The position numbers were made by a program, and so were the translations under genes. Of a stretch of 64,000 nucleotides of DNA, positions 48,257-60,310 are shown in pieces. The notes under the pieces were generated by a model. That model was not told the DNA's origin and made no database searches. It saw nothing but the letters and a program-made list of their open reading frames with translations. The DNA is from Octopus sinensis (Eukaryota): NCBI RefSeq assembly GCF_006345805.1, contig NC_043011.1, positions 7,626,001 through 7,690,000 on the forward strand, in the 5' to 3' direction. Each line of letters opens with the position of its first letter. Positions within the stretch are counted from its first letter, which is position 1.

Positions 48257-50172
48257 ATTGATGGCTTTAGTGCAAGGACACAGCTGTAGGCAATGATAAT
48301 ACAGCATCATTGACTAATATTTCATTCTACATTCGCGAGTAATCAAGGCCCGAACTCATAGCATATCATTCCTCTCACAAAAGGACCAGTATCAATTTCA
48401 TTGAGACACGATACTACAGTGAGGTAGTACAATGACCCGTTCTATAGTGGTGTCGTTCTATCAACAACTAATTTATGATGACATCGTTCTATGGTGAAAG
48501 TCTTTTTTTTTTATGAGAATCACAGCACAAACTATTTTTACATTCACAGTGCCGGCAGAAAAACATTTAAAAAATTACAAATTCAAAAATGCAAGCATAA
48601 AAAAAATCAAAGAATGACAAATAAAATCAACGTAAAATTTGATAAGTTGTGTGTGTATGTGTATAAGCGTGTGTGTATTTGAGTAATGCGTGTATGTGTG
48701 TTCTTTGGTATTGGGGAAGTGTGTGTGGAGTTGGTATTGGGGGAAAGAATGGAGGGAATTTATCTGCTGTTGGATCAATAATTTTAGTTTTTACTATGTT
48801 TTACTATTCTTTACACAAATATTGCCCCTCTCTCTGTCTCTTTGCCTCTCTCTCTCTCTCTCTCTGTCGCTTCCTCTTCTTTCATTCTCTCTCTCTCTCA
48901 TCTCTCTCCAAGTCTGCATTACTCGATGGCAATGGGGCAGATAATAGGCATATAAAAACTACTCGTCATCACGAACCAATGAGAAATACTCTACGCAGTC
49001 GAGGTAGTTCGACCAAATACAAATAACAGTTAAATCACCCTTGGATCACATCTTACAGCAAAGACTTAAATATACCATTCTAGCACCAAAAAGAAAGGAA
49101 AGAAAATAAGAGAGGATATATTGGCCATCCAAACTCGAAAACCTTTCAACATAAGTGTCGTCAACAAGGGCCTAGACCTAACTAAAACCTTTACATCCAA
49201 CTAATTTGATCATACATCTGGTCAAATAACTATCATGTATTTACTGAAATATATAAATAACTTTATCATATATCTGCTAAAATATATAAAACCATTCCAT
49301 TTTGGTCAGAAATATAAGGCATCAGCGTCAAGTTAACTCTTCCCATCTCCAGAATACTGCTTAGTTTTTTTTTTTACTTGAATATTTACATTTATATAGT
49401 TTCTTTGTTTTATTGCATTTTTTTCTTTTATAAAAAAAACTCAAGGCTTGCTTCAAATGATTCTTTTTTGTTTTTTGGAATACTGTGTAATTTTTAATTT
49501 TTAGTCGCCGATATTTTTTTTTACTTCTTCCTCTTTTTCTTCTAGTCTCCTTTGTGCATCGTTTTTATCTCTTTTAATAAACGTGCATGATCTCATCATC
49601 AAAATTCTAGTCCCTAATACGATGGCACTATTGCCAAACTAACATTGATGTTTGTAATTAATCAAATCCCGTTTCGGTTAACTCTCTCTCTCTCTCTCTC
49701 TCTCAGTATTTCCCTATCTCTCTTTGTCTTTCACACACACACACACACTAACACACACATACTCACTAAAAATCTTCGCTATTCTCTTGATCTAAAAGAG
49801 ATTAATGGTCCATAACGCATGCCGACAAAAGACTGCTCCACAAATACGCTTTGATAAAGTTTAAAAATCTCCAGAGAGTCTTAACACACCAATAACAACT
49901 GGCTCGACACACTAGTACGGCAGGCAAAGCAACAACAACAATATCAACAACAACAAAGAAAATATTTCGAAAAGTGTGAAGCAAAGAGATAATTTAACAA
50001 ATTATTCTATGAAAATTTGAAAAAATTTTAGACTTGGATTTAAAATTTTTTAACCCCTACCACAACTCTACTAAAATTTAAATATTGTAATTTTCGGATT
50101 AAAATTTAACTATTTCCTCAATAAACTTGGAACTATATTGAATTTTCACTTTTTTTTTTACAAATTTTAAAT

Positions 50173-50435
50173 TTTTGCACCAACAATTTATATTTTTGCA
50201 CCAAGATTTTATAATTTTGCACCAACAATTTATAATTTTGCACCAACAATTTATATTTTTACACCAACGATTTATAATTTTGCACAAACAATTTATAATT
50301 TTGTACCAACAATTTATATTTTTGCACCAACGATTTATATTTTTGCACCAACAATATATATTTTTCCCCAGTACTTTAATTTTTGCACAAATATTTAAAT
50401 TGTGCCCTAACATTTTATCTTTTGCCCAAAATTGC
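50173..50435. repeat. AT-rich minisatellite, 21-bp unit (~10 regular plus ~3 decayed units)
   Basis: Consensus TTTTGCACCAACAATTTATAA/T. Confidence 0.9.
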
Positions 50436-51384
50436 ATCGAATTTTTAATAATTTTTCTATAAATTTACTAATTTCGTAAAAGGCCTTCTCAATCCCAAAT
50501 TAGTGATCAGGCATTAATCTAGAAAATGTTACAGATAGATAAAATAAAATAATATTGGAAAATAAGAACAAATCTACATAAGTATAGTTTCTTCATTTAG
50601 GTTTCAAGTTCAAATCAGTTGACCGTTATCTTTACTTATAAATGCTTATAAATTCTTTCGGGTAAAATAAAGGAAACAAGTTCATCGATTTAATCTACAC
50701 CATTCTTTCTTTCCTTTACAAAAATATTTTTTTTTTACCAAAAGGGACCAATATTTGCTTATTTGTCTTAAGATAAATTCGAAAGATTAGCTTAATTTGA
50801 TGAAAAGGATCAGGCAAAATATATTATTTGCGGTACTTCTACTCCCAATGTGGGAATACAGATCCGCTGGTCATATGGAAAAGAAAAGTCAAATTTCCAT
50901 CAAGTGATGCCAAACCATTTTTTTTAAATGGAAGAATATTCGGCATAATTACAGTATGGCGCTTTTCTCACGACTTCGTTCCTCGTAAATTTCTGAAAAA
51001 GCTTATTTATAAATTAAATTTGGCAGAAATGCCTTTTCGAACCTGTACATTATGATTTTGTTGATAATATTGGTAGTATTTGAGGAGTTTCAGATTCTTC
51101 TAATTTCGCTCCATCGTCACATTCTTCTAAAACTCATATTTTTAAACGGATCATTCTTCCTCTCTTACGATGTTGTTTGCTCATAATTCTCTGTGAAATG
51201 CATATTTTTAAACGACATTTTGCAGGAATTCTTTTTCGAGAGGAGAGATTACATATTATTCAAACCTCAAACATAAAAATCTAGAAAAAATTAGAAAAAC
51301 AAAAAGTACTAAAGTTATGGGAATTGGTGATAGCAAAAATGGGGGAGAGAAGAAGAATGTGAAACACTTCAAAAGAATTTTTTT

Positions 51385-51715
51385 AAGAGGTGGCAATGTC
51401 GTAAGATGTTTGCCTTCCAACCTCATGGCTGTAGGTTCAGTCCCACTGCGTAGCACCTTGGGCAAGAGTCTACTATAGTTTCGGGCCGACCAAGAAAATT
51501 GTGAGTGGATTTGGCAGACGGAAACTGAAAGAAGACCGTCGTGTGTGTGTGTGTTCCATCCACCACTCTTTAATAACCGGTGTTGGTTTGTTTACGTCCC
51601 TGTAACTTAGCGGTTCGGCGAAAATGACCGATAGAATAAGTACCAGACTTTAAAGAAACCCTTCAATGTGGTGCTCCAACATGGTCGCAGACCAAAGAAT
51701 GGAACAAACGATAAA
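51385..51715 (+). mobile_element. SINE family A, diverged
   Basis: ggttcagtcccactgcgtagcaccttgggcaag...gatagaataagtaccag...ggtgctccaacatgg. Confidence 0.8.
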
Positions 51716-52022
51716 AGGTAATCGTAATCTGCACCTTCGAGGTTTCATTAAAAAAATATACATTTTCGTTAAGTTATGAGGAAACAAATTCGAGAAAGAG
51801 TACCAATCTGCAGCTATGATCGATACAGTGATCAATATATCGATACTCATCAGTAATTTATGCTGTGATATTGTATCACTGGATAAGCTCTGCCTTAAGA
51901 TGGGATGGTTACGTCTAGAACGTCTTTGATCGTGGTTTTCTCTCTCAAGTAAGATTCGTTGATGTTGCTGTTGGTATTCTTTAGTCGTGAGTGACAAAGA
52001 CAGCCTTGATTAGCTGAGAGAC

Positions 52023-52528
52023 CAGTGTTTCTCAACCATTTTTTAGCCTGTGGACTCTTTTGATTTCTATTCTGCCTTCGGTTGGGCCCTCCTGGACATT
52101 CGATGTTTTAAACAAAATCCTTTTATAGAAATAATACATTTCTAAATCTCTCAGATAGATTTATACAGAAGTAACACGATAAAGTGATAGTATGTTGTCA
52201 ACTTAATGTGACAGTTCCATGAAAGGGAAGAATGCTACTGCTATTTAGCCCTAGGAAGCACCGCTTCCTGTCGACCTTGACAAATTTCCTGTGTCCTTAT
52301 GTTAGCAAAAGGGGAGACAAGCACCTTTACTCAGCAAAGCAAGCATCCAAAATATATAATCCTTTTTATAATTTTATAACTAAATATTTATTAGGTATTG
52401 TATAAAAGAATTGTTGAAAATGTTTGTGCCTTGTAGAGTTGTAACCAATTTATTTAATATAAATTTTAACAGCAAACTCGTATGTGGACCCCACCTAGGG
52501 TCATATGGACTCCGGTTGAAAACCACTG
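52023..52528 (+). mobile_element. hAT (Buster/Charlie-type) MITE, 506 bp
   Basis: TIRs CAGTGTTTCTCAACC / GGTTGAAAACCACTG; 8-bp TSD TGAGAGAC (52015-52022) / TGATAGAC (52529-52536), fitting nnnTAnnn. Confidence 0.85.
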
Positions 52529-52636
52529 TGATAGACGGCCAGGGCGTTCCAGTCATGACCGACGCGTCGGTTTTCTAAATACACCAACACACATCTACGT
52601 ACATACATCTACACACACAAATATATATATAAAGCG

Positions 52637-52855
52637 TATGAGTGGCTGTATGGTAAGTAGCTTGTCTACCAACCACATGGTTCCGGGTTCTGTCCCACTG
52701 CGTGGCACCTTGGGCAAGTGTCTTCCACTATAGCCTCGTGCCGACCAAAGTCTTGTGAGTGGATTTTGTAGACGGAAACTGAAAGAAGCCCGTCATATGT
52801 ATGTGTACAACGGCGGTGCATCAGCATGGCCACAGCTCTGAGCTGAAACCAGAGA

Positions 52856-52860
<5 letters not shown>
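52637..52860 (+). mobile_element. Short family A variant (head plus alternative tail)
   Basis: Head to ...gaagcccgtc, then ggcggtgcatcagcatggccacagctctgagctgaaac; same alternative tail at 2120-2165 (-). Confidence 0.75.
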
Positions 52861-52905
<45 letters not shown>

Positions 52906-53157
52906 TGTGTAGTACATGCACACACGTGTGTGTAAGTAAATATAACTTTAAAGCTATTAGTATTAAGTCCGAGAGAGGTTTCGTTGTCTTTCCCTGAAAA
53001 TCCATCGACCACCAAGAGACTCGCGAAGGAGAGCAAGATATCCAGGTGGATGAGGGTGGTGGGCGATGATAGAAACCAACAACCAATCATTGAGAGGCCA
53101 GCAGTTCATAACATGTCGCTGCAAACTGCTTTGTTTAACCAATCAATTCAGATATTT

Positions 53158-53352
53158 GACATCCAGCGGTCGAGTCCATTTGACATCTAACGGGCGACTC
53201 CATATGACATTCAACGGTCGAGTCCATTTGACATCCAACGGTCGACTCCATATGACATTCAACGGTCGAGTCCATTTGGCATCCAGTGGTCGACTCCATA
53301 TGACATTCAACGGTCGAGTCCATTTGGCATCCAGCGGTCGAGTCCATTTGAC
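53158..53352. repeat. Minisatellite, 24-bp unit x8 with 48-bp higher-order alternation
   Basis: Units end alternately GAGTCCATTT / GACTCCATAT; units 3, 5 and 7 identical. Confidence 0.9.
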
Positions 53353-53706
53353 TTTAGATGAGTATTATTACAGCACGGAATAGTCCATTGCTGTATTGTG
53401 AATCAGCTGTAACAGCATCATCTTAAAAATATTACAAGTACCACCGCAGCTTGGGATGCTGGGTTCCGGGTTCAAGTTCTAGGGTCTCTAGACAGAGAAC
53501 TCATTTTAATATTTTTGGACATACTTCCATACCTACCTATCATCAACATCAACATCATCCCCGCCAACACACTGTTATGTATTTAGGAGACAAGTGAAGA
53601 ATCATTACTCAGTGACTCAGTCAGACCTAACTAGTAGCCGCCATATCTTCTACAATTTTACTCCATATCGTTTATTATTATTATTATTATTATAATTATT
53701 ATTATT

Positions 53707-53749
53707 GCTTCGGCAGTACATATGCTAAAATTGGAACCATACAGAGAAG

Positions 53750-53753
<4 letters not shown>
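53707..53753 (+). pseudogene. 3'-truncated U6 snRNA retrocopy (U6 nt ~7-53)
   Basis: GCTTCGGCAGTACATATGCTAAAATTGGAACCATACAGAGAAGATTA matches human U6 nt 7-53 (recalled from memory) at 44/47, including the ACAGAGA box 53741-53747; (TTA)n on both sides. Confidence 0.9.
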
Positions 53754-53796
<43 letters not shown>

Positions 53797-54674
53797 TTAT
53801 AAAGAGAATGGATATTTGAGGTTAATTTTTTTTTATTCTGGGAAATGTTTTGCTTTTTTTTCGCTTGGGTTTATTTTCAGTCTTTTGTATATTGAAGAGA
53901 GAGAAAGAGAGAGAGAGAGGGAGAGAGAGAGGGAGAGAGAGCATGTGTGAGAAAGGGAGTTCATGCGTGTGTGTGTGTATGTTTGTGAGGGAGAGAGTGT
54001 GTGCGTATGTGTGTGTATGAGAGAGAGAAAGTGTGTGTGTATATATGAGAGAGAAAAAGTGTGTGTGTGTGTAAGTGCGAGAGAGAGAGAGAGAGAGAGA
54101 AAGCTAAAAAGAGAGAGAGAATGTGCGAGAAAGAGAGAGAGAGGGGGTGTACGAGAGAGAAGGAGAGAGAGACCTAAAGAGAGAGAGAGAGAGAATGTGT
54201 GAGAGAGCAAAAGATGCATGAGATATTTCTATAAAACTTTTCTTACATGTTTCTTCCCTACACACACACACGCACACCCAACCACGACCATCCCTAAGGA
54301 AGAAGAAATACAGAAACGATAAACTTGCCTTTTCGGAATCAATAAAAACGAGGGTAGTCATGGAGGGGCAGCAGCGTCGCAGAAATGTAAGAAAACATCG
54401 GGGTCAGATACCTTGTGGTATATGTTCCGACTCTTTACATTGCGAGTTCAAATCCCATCGTGGCCTTAGGTAGTAGACTAAATCTCTCGTTAGGCTTAGA
54501 CCCCGGGTGACGGATTTCTTGGTTACGATTCCTTCGTTCTTTTGTGTCATTACCGTTTTAGACCGTCTCTTCCCCCCTCCCTCTCTCTTCTGCCTCTTCC
54601 TCCCCCCTTCGCCTCTCTCTCTTCCTCTTTCTCTTTAAATCTGTCCTTATTCAAATATATTTTTTTCTCTTCAG

Positions 54675-54729
54675 ATGACGGCAGTAATTTGTATTCAGAA
54701 CAATGAAGTCAATGGGTGCAGAGGAACAG
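54675..54729 (+). CDS. Candidate 55-nt exon (MTAVICIQNNEVNGCRGT, phase 0 to 1) of an unidentified gene
   Basis: Long polypyrimidine tract then TTCAG|; |GTAAGT donor; only the ATG frame is open; product not recognised. Confidence 0.5.
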
Positions 54730-54784
54730 GTAAGTTTCTCACAAGCCATGCTTATGAGCCGTTTCGATTCTCGGCAAATCAGTG

Positions 54785-54813
54785 GTGTGTGTATATATAT
54801 ATATATATATATA

Positions 54814-54852
<39 letters not shown>

Positions 54853-54916
54853 AGGTGATGCTATTAAGTTAGACATGGCCTGGGCCAATATGGCCGAAAC
54901 CTATCAAAGTATCAAA

Positions 54917-54959
<43 letters not shown>

Positions 54960-54968
54960 ATATATATA

Positions 54969-54999
<31 letters not shown>

Positions 55000-55095
55000 A
55001 ATATATACATATATACATATATAATTTATATATATAATATATACATATATATATAATATATATTATATAATATATACATATATATATATATATAG

Positions 55096-55135
<40 letters not shown>
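54785..55135. repeat. (TA)n microsatellite block
   Basis: Direct inspection. Confidence 0.9.
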
Positions 55136-55136
<1 letters not shown>

Positions 55137-55531
55137 TTTGGTTGGATTATTTAAGTGAATATATGCATGCATACATATATATACACATTCCTCTTGCTTT
55201 CCCTCTCATATCACGTGTGCGTCCGCCATCCCTCCTCCTAATTACGTCTTCCTCTCACAAACAATTACAGCTACAAACAATCCTAACACACACCACTCCA
55301 CCAGGCCATTATACTATCATCTTTGCACACCTCCACACACCCCACGAAATCACACATTCCCTCTTATGCCCAGATTTATACATGGACATTTTCTTATACG
55401 TACACACACTACACCCCCCTTCTACTTTTTTTAACGCTCCCACAGAACAGATTCCCACTTGGATCCAAACTCCTTCGCTTTTTCCTCAACCGCCTTTTCT
55501 CATTCACTTATTAATTTTTGTATTTTATTAT

Positions 55532-55567
55532 TTTTCTGATGAAGGACTAGCATCCGAACCGTCAAGA
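55532..55567 (+). ncRNA. Decayed minimal hammerhead motif in a (TA)n-flanked segment (55140-55650)
   Basis: UUUU|CUGAUGA|A|GGA-CUAGCA-UCC|GAA|CCGU|C|AAGA; canonical core but A15.1 replaced by C. Confidence 0.4.
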
Positions 55568-55660
55568 TTTATTCTTAAGCGTTTAGCTAACATATTTGTC
55601 GAAAGTTATCCTTTTCTTTTTTCCTTTTGTGCTCATTGATTTCTATAATCTCCCTATATA

Positions 55661-55703
<43 letters not shown>

Positions 55704-56417
55704 GTATATGTATATGTATATATTTGTGTCCATATTTTTACAAGCAGGTTGATACGAAATCGCAAAAGTAAAAAGATAACGTATTCAATACTTCGGATGT
55801 TTGCTCGGGAGTAGCCAAGTTCTAGTAGCTTCTAGCTAATGCTGATATCATTGGTTATGTCGTGTTTTTTTTTTTTTTTTACCGATGCTATTATGAACGT
55901 ATTATTCGCTTTAAGCTTTCATATATTTTATTTCTTAGGTTGGAATCTCAAACCGAAACAAGGGAGACTACTCTACATAACATCAATAAGTTATTTTCCC
56001 CCGATTCTGCTTTTTGTCAGTAGCAACCTCATGTTGCAGCACTCAGCAGCAAGCATCTACTGTAATATTTTATTAGTTATACGGCACCCACCGTGAAAAA
56101 TACTTCAATGAGAGGTGATTTTTTTGCTGTACTTGAAGAGAAACGTTGACTTTTCTATAGTACTCTTCTATAGATGAAACTTCAAACATACTTAGGGCTT
56201 TATCATTGGGTGACATTCATACCTTAGCTGTACCACTTTGGGGTACTTTTACAACTTCACTTCTCTCTACATTCCAGCACTGCCCCACCCTTTCACAAAA
56301 CCTACCCTAAAAACTGGCACGAAATGGAACATGTACAAGGTCAATCTGGAGTGCATTAAACCGACTCCCACTTCATTCGTACCTAGTTGTTATTAAATCG
56401 ATTCCGGATGGAGGGAA

Positions 56418-56630
56418 GGCGGGTGGAAAGGTGAGGGCATTGCACTCTCGATCGTAAGATCGTAGTTTCGATTCACGGACCGGGCGATGAGTCGTGTTCT
56501 TGAACAAAACACTTCATTTCGCATTGATCCTGTCCACTCACTGTAAATGGGTGAGCCTGCGATGGAGTGATTTCCTTTTCATTTGCAGGCCATGAAAACT
56601 GGGTAACTGGCCCCATGAGTCCTAGGACAC
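56418..56630 (+). mobile_element. SINE family E
   Basis: tRNA-like head (ctctcgatcgtaagatcgtagtttcgattc), gtgttcttgaacaaaacacttcatttc, gtccactcactgtaaatgggt. Confidence 0.75.
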
Positions 56631-57255
56631 GAAATATTAATGTCCAAGGGTTCATAATAGACGGAGGGACGAAGGGAATTTCCATACAAGAGCAGGACTG
56701 GTTTTGTGTGCAGAGATGATTCTATATTCAGAAAGTTCACTTAGCAAGCACATAGTCCGGATTCGACCTCCCTATATAGCACTTTCGGCTAATGGTCTGG
56801 CCAACCCAAGCCTTTTAGTGAAATTGGAAACTATGCGGAAGCTCGTCGAGTAGATTGACCCTGTTCTCGGGTAATAAGCAATAAATCCGACACTCGATTA
56901 ATCACCACCACCACCATCTGACTCTCGGTTACCCTTAGTAGAATATAGCCTATTGCAAGCATTCGAGTGGCCAGGTTTTCTGTCATTGGATAACAAGATT
57001 TTCCACTCCTTCCTCTCACAACTTACTAAAGAAATTTAAAAAAAATATACAAAGGAAAAAGAAGAAGGTGTTGCCCGTGTTCTGGTGATTAAACTATACA
57101 GGGGTCAATAAACTGACTTACAAATTATTTGAAATAATTACGGTCAGTAAATTCGGTTACACAGAAAACCCTGTATACACAATATGTTTAAAAATAACGC
57201 TAACACTAACAGTAACAGCGGTTACAATATAATGTATAATAAAGTTACCTAATTG

Positions 57256-57299
<44 letters not shown>

Positions 57300-57689
57300 T
57301 TATATTGCATCTAGTTCCAACTGCTTGGATGGCCAACACAAAGGGCCGATTTGCAGCACCCGACAAACTTACCCATGCGACCTCGTTTGGATCGGGAAGA
57401 CGAAGACGAATTGAGAAGATGGTCAGCAGATGAAAACCAGTTCAACAACACCAATTAGCAGGATCCATGGATATTCCACAAACTACAAATGTTTATAGAG
57501 AGTCTTACTATAATCTTTATTCTTTCTTTTCTTGGGTTATCCAAGACACGCCTCGGCTCCTTTCTGCAGCTTAGATACGCAATACTTTGCTCAACACATT
57601 TACTGTTTCGAGCATCGCTGCCAACAGTGTCCTTCCTATGTAGTTTGGTGCACTTGGGACCATCTCAAAGAAAACAATGTTCAAACACG

Positions 57690-58495
57690 ATAGGTACCAA
57701 GCTGAATTTGCTTTTCTTCCTTTCGGGGTCGATAAAATAAGTACCAATTGGGCACTGAGGGCGATATGATCGACTTACTCCCAGCCACGAAATTGCCAGC
57801 CATGTTTCAAAATTTGAAACCCTTATTAGTGTCAGACCAGCACTGGGGTTGATGCAATCAGGTAACTCCCTCAGATAAATTTTTTTTTAAATTCGGACCT
57901 TATTCCCTTAGTAGAAAGAATTATTATTGTTGTTGTTAAAGCGGTGACCTGGTAAAATCGTTAGCACATCGGACAAAATACTTCGCCGGATTTTGATCGC
58001 CTTTACATTTTGAGATCAAATTCCGCCGAGGTGGACTCTGCATTTTATCATTTCGGGGTCGATGAAATAATTGTCAGTTGAGCACTAGCGTCGATGTAAT
58101 CGACTAGCACCCCACCAACAAATTTCAGGCTTTGTGCCTATAGTAGGGTTGCAAGGGCTATTATTATCGGGTGCAGTGGCAAAATCGAGAGATACCCGTG
58201 CTAAGTGATTACCTCCCTTTGTGTTTCACTCTCAATGCTGGGCGGTGAACGCTGCTATTACAGATCCGTGTAATAATTTCTATTAATTGTTATCCAATGT
58301 AAGGCAGCGAGCTGACAGAATCGTTAGCATGCCGGACAAAATGCTTTGCAGAATTTCTTTGGACTTTACATTCTGAGTTCAAATACCGCCGAGGTCGACT
58401 TTGCCTTCCATCCTTTTGGGTCGATAAAATAAATACCAACTGATCGACCAACATCGTCCCACAAAATTTCAAGCTTTGTGTCTATGGCAGAAAGC
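57690..58495 (+). mobile_element. Three to four SINE family B copies/fragments
   Basis: ggggtcgataaaataagtacc at ~57725; heads at ~57940 and ~58300. Confidence 0.75.
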
Positions 58496-58599
58496 ATTAA
58501 TTATCCGCTAATCTTTTTTTCTTTCAATGTTTCCTAGAAATTCTTCATGAATGTATTTTGGTGAACGCAAGAACACCCGCGGCAGCTTTGACATATTTG

Positions 58600-60310
58600 G
58601 AAAACACAGCCCAACAGAAAACACTATTTCTATGACGCTTTACAACATATACCATTTCTGTGATACTCCAATTTCGTCAGCAATGCTACTTCTAAATTCT
58701 ACAACATTTGAGAATATTTCTACAAATCTGGAATTATTTTTTCAATACTATACAAGAGTAATAATTGGAAAATTTCAAAAATATTATTTAAAAAAATGAA
58801 ACCCAGTGATTCAAACAAGATTTCGGCTATTTATTCTTGAAAAAGTATATTGTAAAGATATAGTCATTTACGGATTTATTTTAAATTTTTTTGCAACAGA
58901 CGTCCATATTTCTAAAATAATCTACAAGATGGTAACATTTCTGCAAAATTCTACAACAAATGGAAATATTTCACCAATATCCTACAAATCTGGAAATATT
59001 TGTAAATTATTATTCAAAAGATTACTTCTGCAGAGGTCCATACACATACTGGAATAAGTCTCTAATATTATATTACAAGAAATAAAACGCAATGATTCCA
59101 ACATGATTTAGACAGCAGATGACTAGATTTTTACAATATTTCTTTGGAACAGATTTCTATAAGTAACCTGCAAAAACAGAAATAGTTCAGAAATATTCTG
59201 CTATAAATTTTACAAAATTTTACAAATATTAAAAAAAATAAAATGTTCCAGCATGTCTTCGACAGGAAAAAGAAATGCTTTTACAAAATTTTTTGAAAAA
59301 ATGTCCTTATTTCTTCAATAACTTACAAAAATGGAAATATTTATCGAATATTTTTCCACAGATTTCAATATTTTTGTAATATTCTTCAACGCATTGCAAT
59401 ATATCTTTATAATTCTTTAGTACGTGCCTATATTTCTAGAAAATTCTATTGAAATTTGAAACTTTTTCTATAATACATTGCGGAAAACAAATATTTCTTC
59501 AATATTCTACAAATAACAATATTTCTACAATCTACAATAAACAGCAAATGACATTAATTCTTCAATATTCTACAATAAGTCACAATACTTTTTGCAATAT
59601 TAGACTGAAAGTAAAATTTATTTGATGAAAATCTACAAAAAAATAGCAATTTCAACAAAATATTATGTCATGCAATAATATTCCTGCAAAAGTCTATAGC
59701 AAGTTGCAATATTTCTACAAAATTCTACAGCAAAAGATTTGGCAATATTCTGCAAGTTGCAATATTCTGACAATATTCTACAGCAAGTGGCAACGTTTCA
59801 ACAAAATTCTACAACAAATGATATTATCTCAACAAAATTTGGTAGAATATGGCAATGTTCTCCCATAATTCTACAATAAATTGCAACAATATTCGTCAAA
59901 AATTGATGAGAGTTCCAGTTGATCCGATCAACGGAACAGCCTACTCGTGAAATTAACGTGCAAGTGGCTGAGCACTCCACAGACACATGTACCCCTTGAC
60001 GTAGTTCTCGGGGCGATTCAGCGTGACAAGACTAATCCCTTTGAAATACAGGTACATCAGAAACAGGAAGAAAGAGTGAGAGAAAGTTGTGGTGGAAGAA
60101 TACAGTAGGGTCCGCCATCACACCTTGCCGGAGCCTCGTGAAGCTTTAGGTGTTTTCGCTCAATAAACGCTCACAGCGCCCGGTCTGGGAATCGAAACCG
60201 CGATCCTACGACTGCGAGTTCGCTGCCCTACTCACTAGGCCATTGCGCCTCCCCATAGGAACAGTATTAAACAATAAGTGATAATATTCTACAATATTTG
60301 TAGAATATTG
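58600..60310. repeat. Degenerate AT-rich tract built on AATATTCTACAA, interrupted by SINE D
   Basis: At least 10 TTCTACAA words between 58698 and 60293. Confidence 0.55.
59905..60252 (-). mobile_element. tRNA-Arg-derived SINE family D, full length
   Basis: Reverse complement of 1424-1792. Confidence 0.85.

Noticed and set aside
50099-50437. 7-aa Cys/Trp repeat ORF (CKNINCW)
   Set aside because: 21-bp minisatellite translation
11231-53352. Short direct-repeat arrays as CRISPR candidates
   Set aside because: Contiguous tandem units without unique spacers; eukaryotic context; no cas genes
57099-57173. 75-bp segment bounded by TA|CAGGG ... CCCTG|TA
   Set aside because: TIR match is only 5-9 bp; too short to call a MITE
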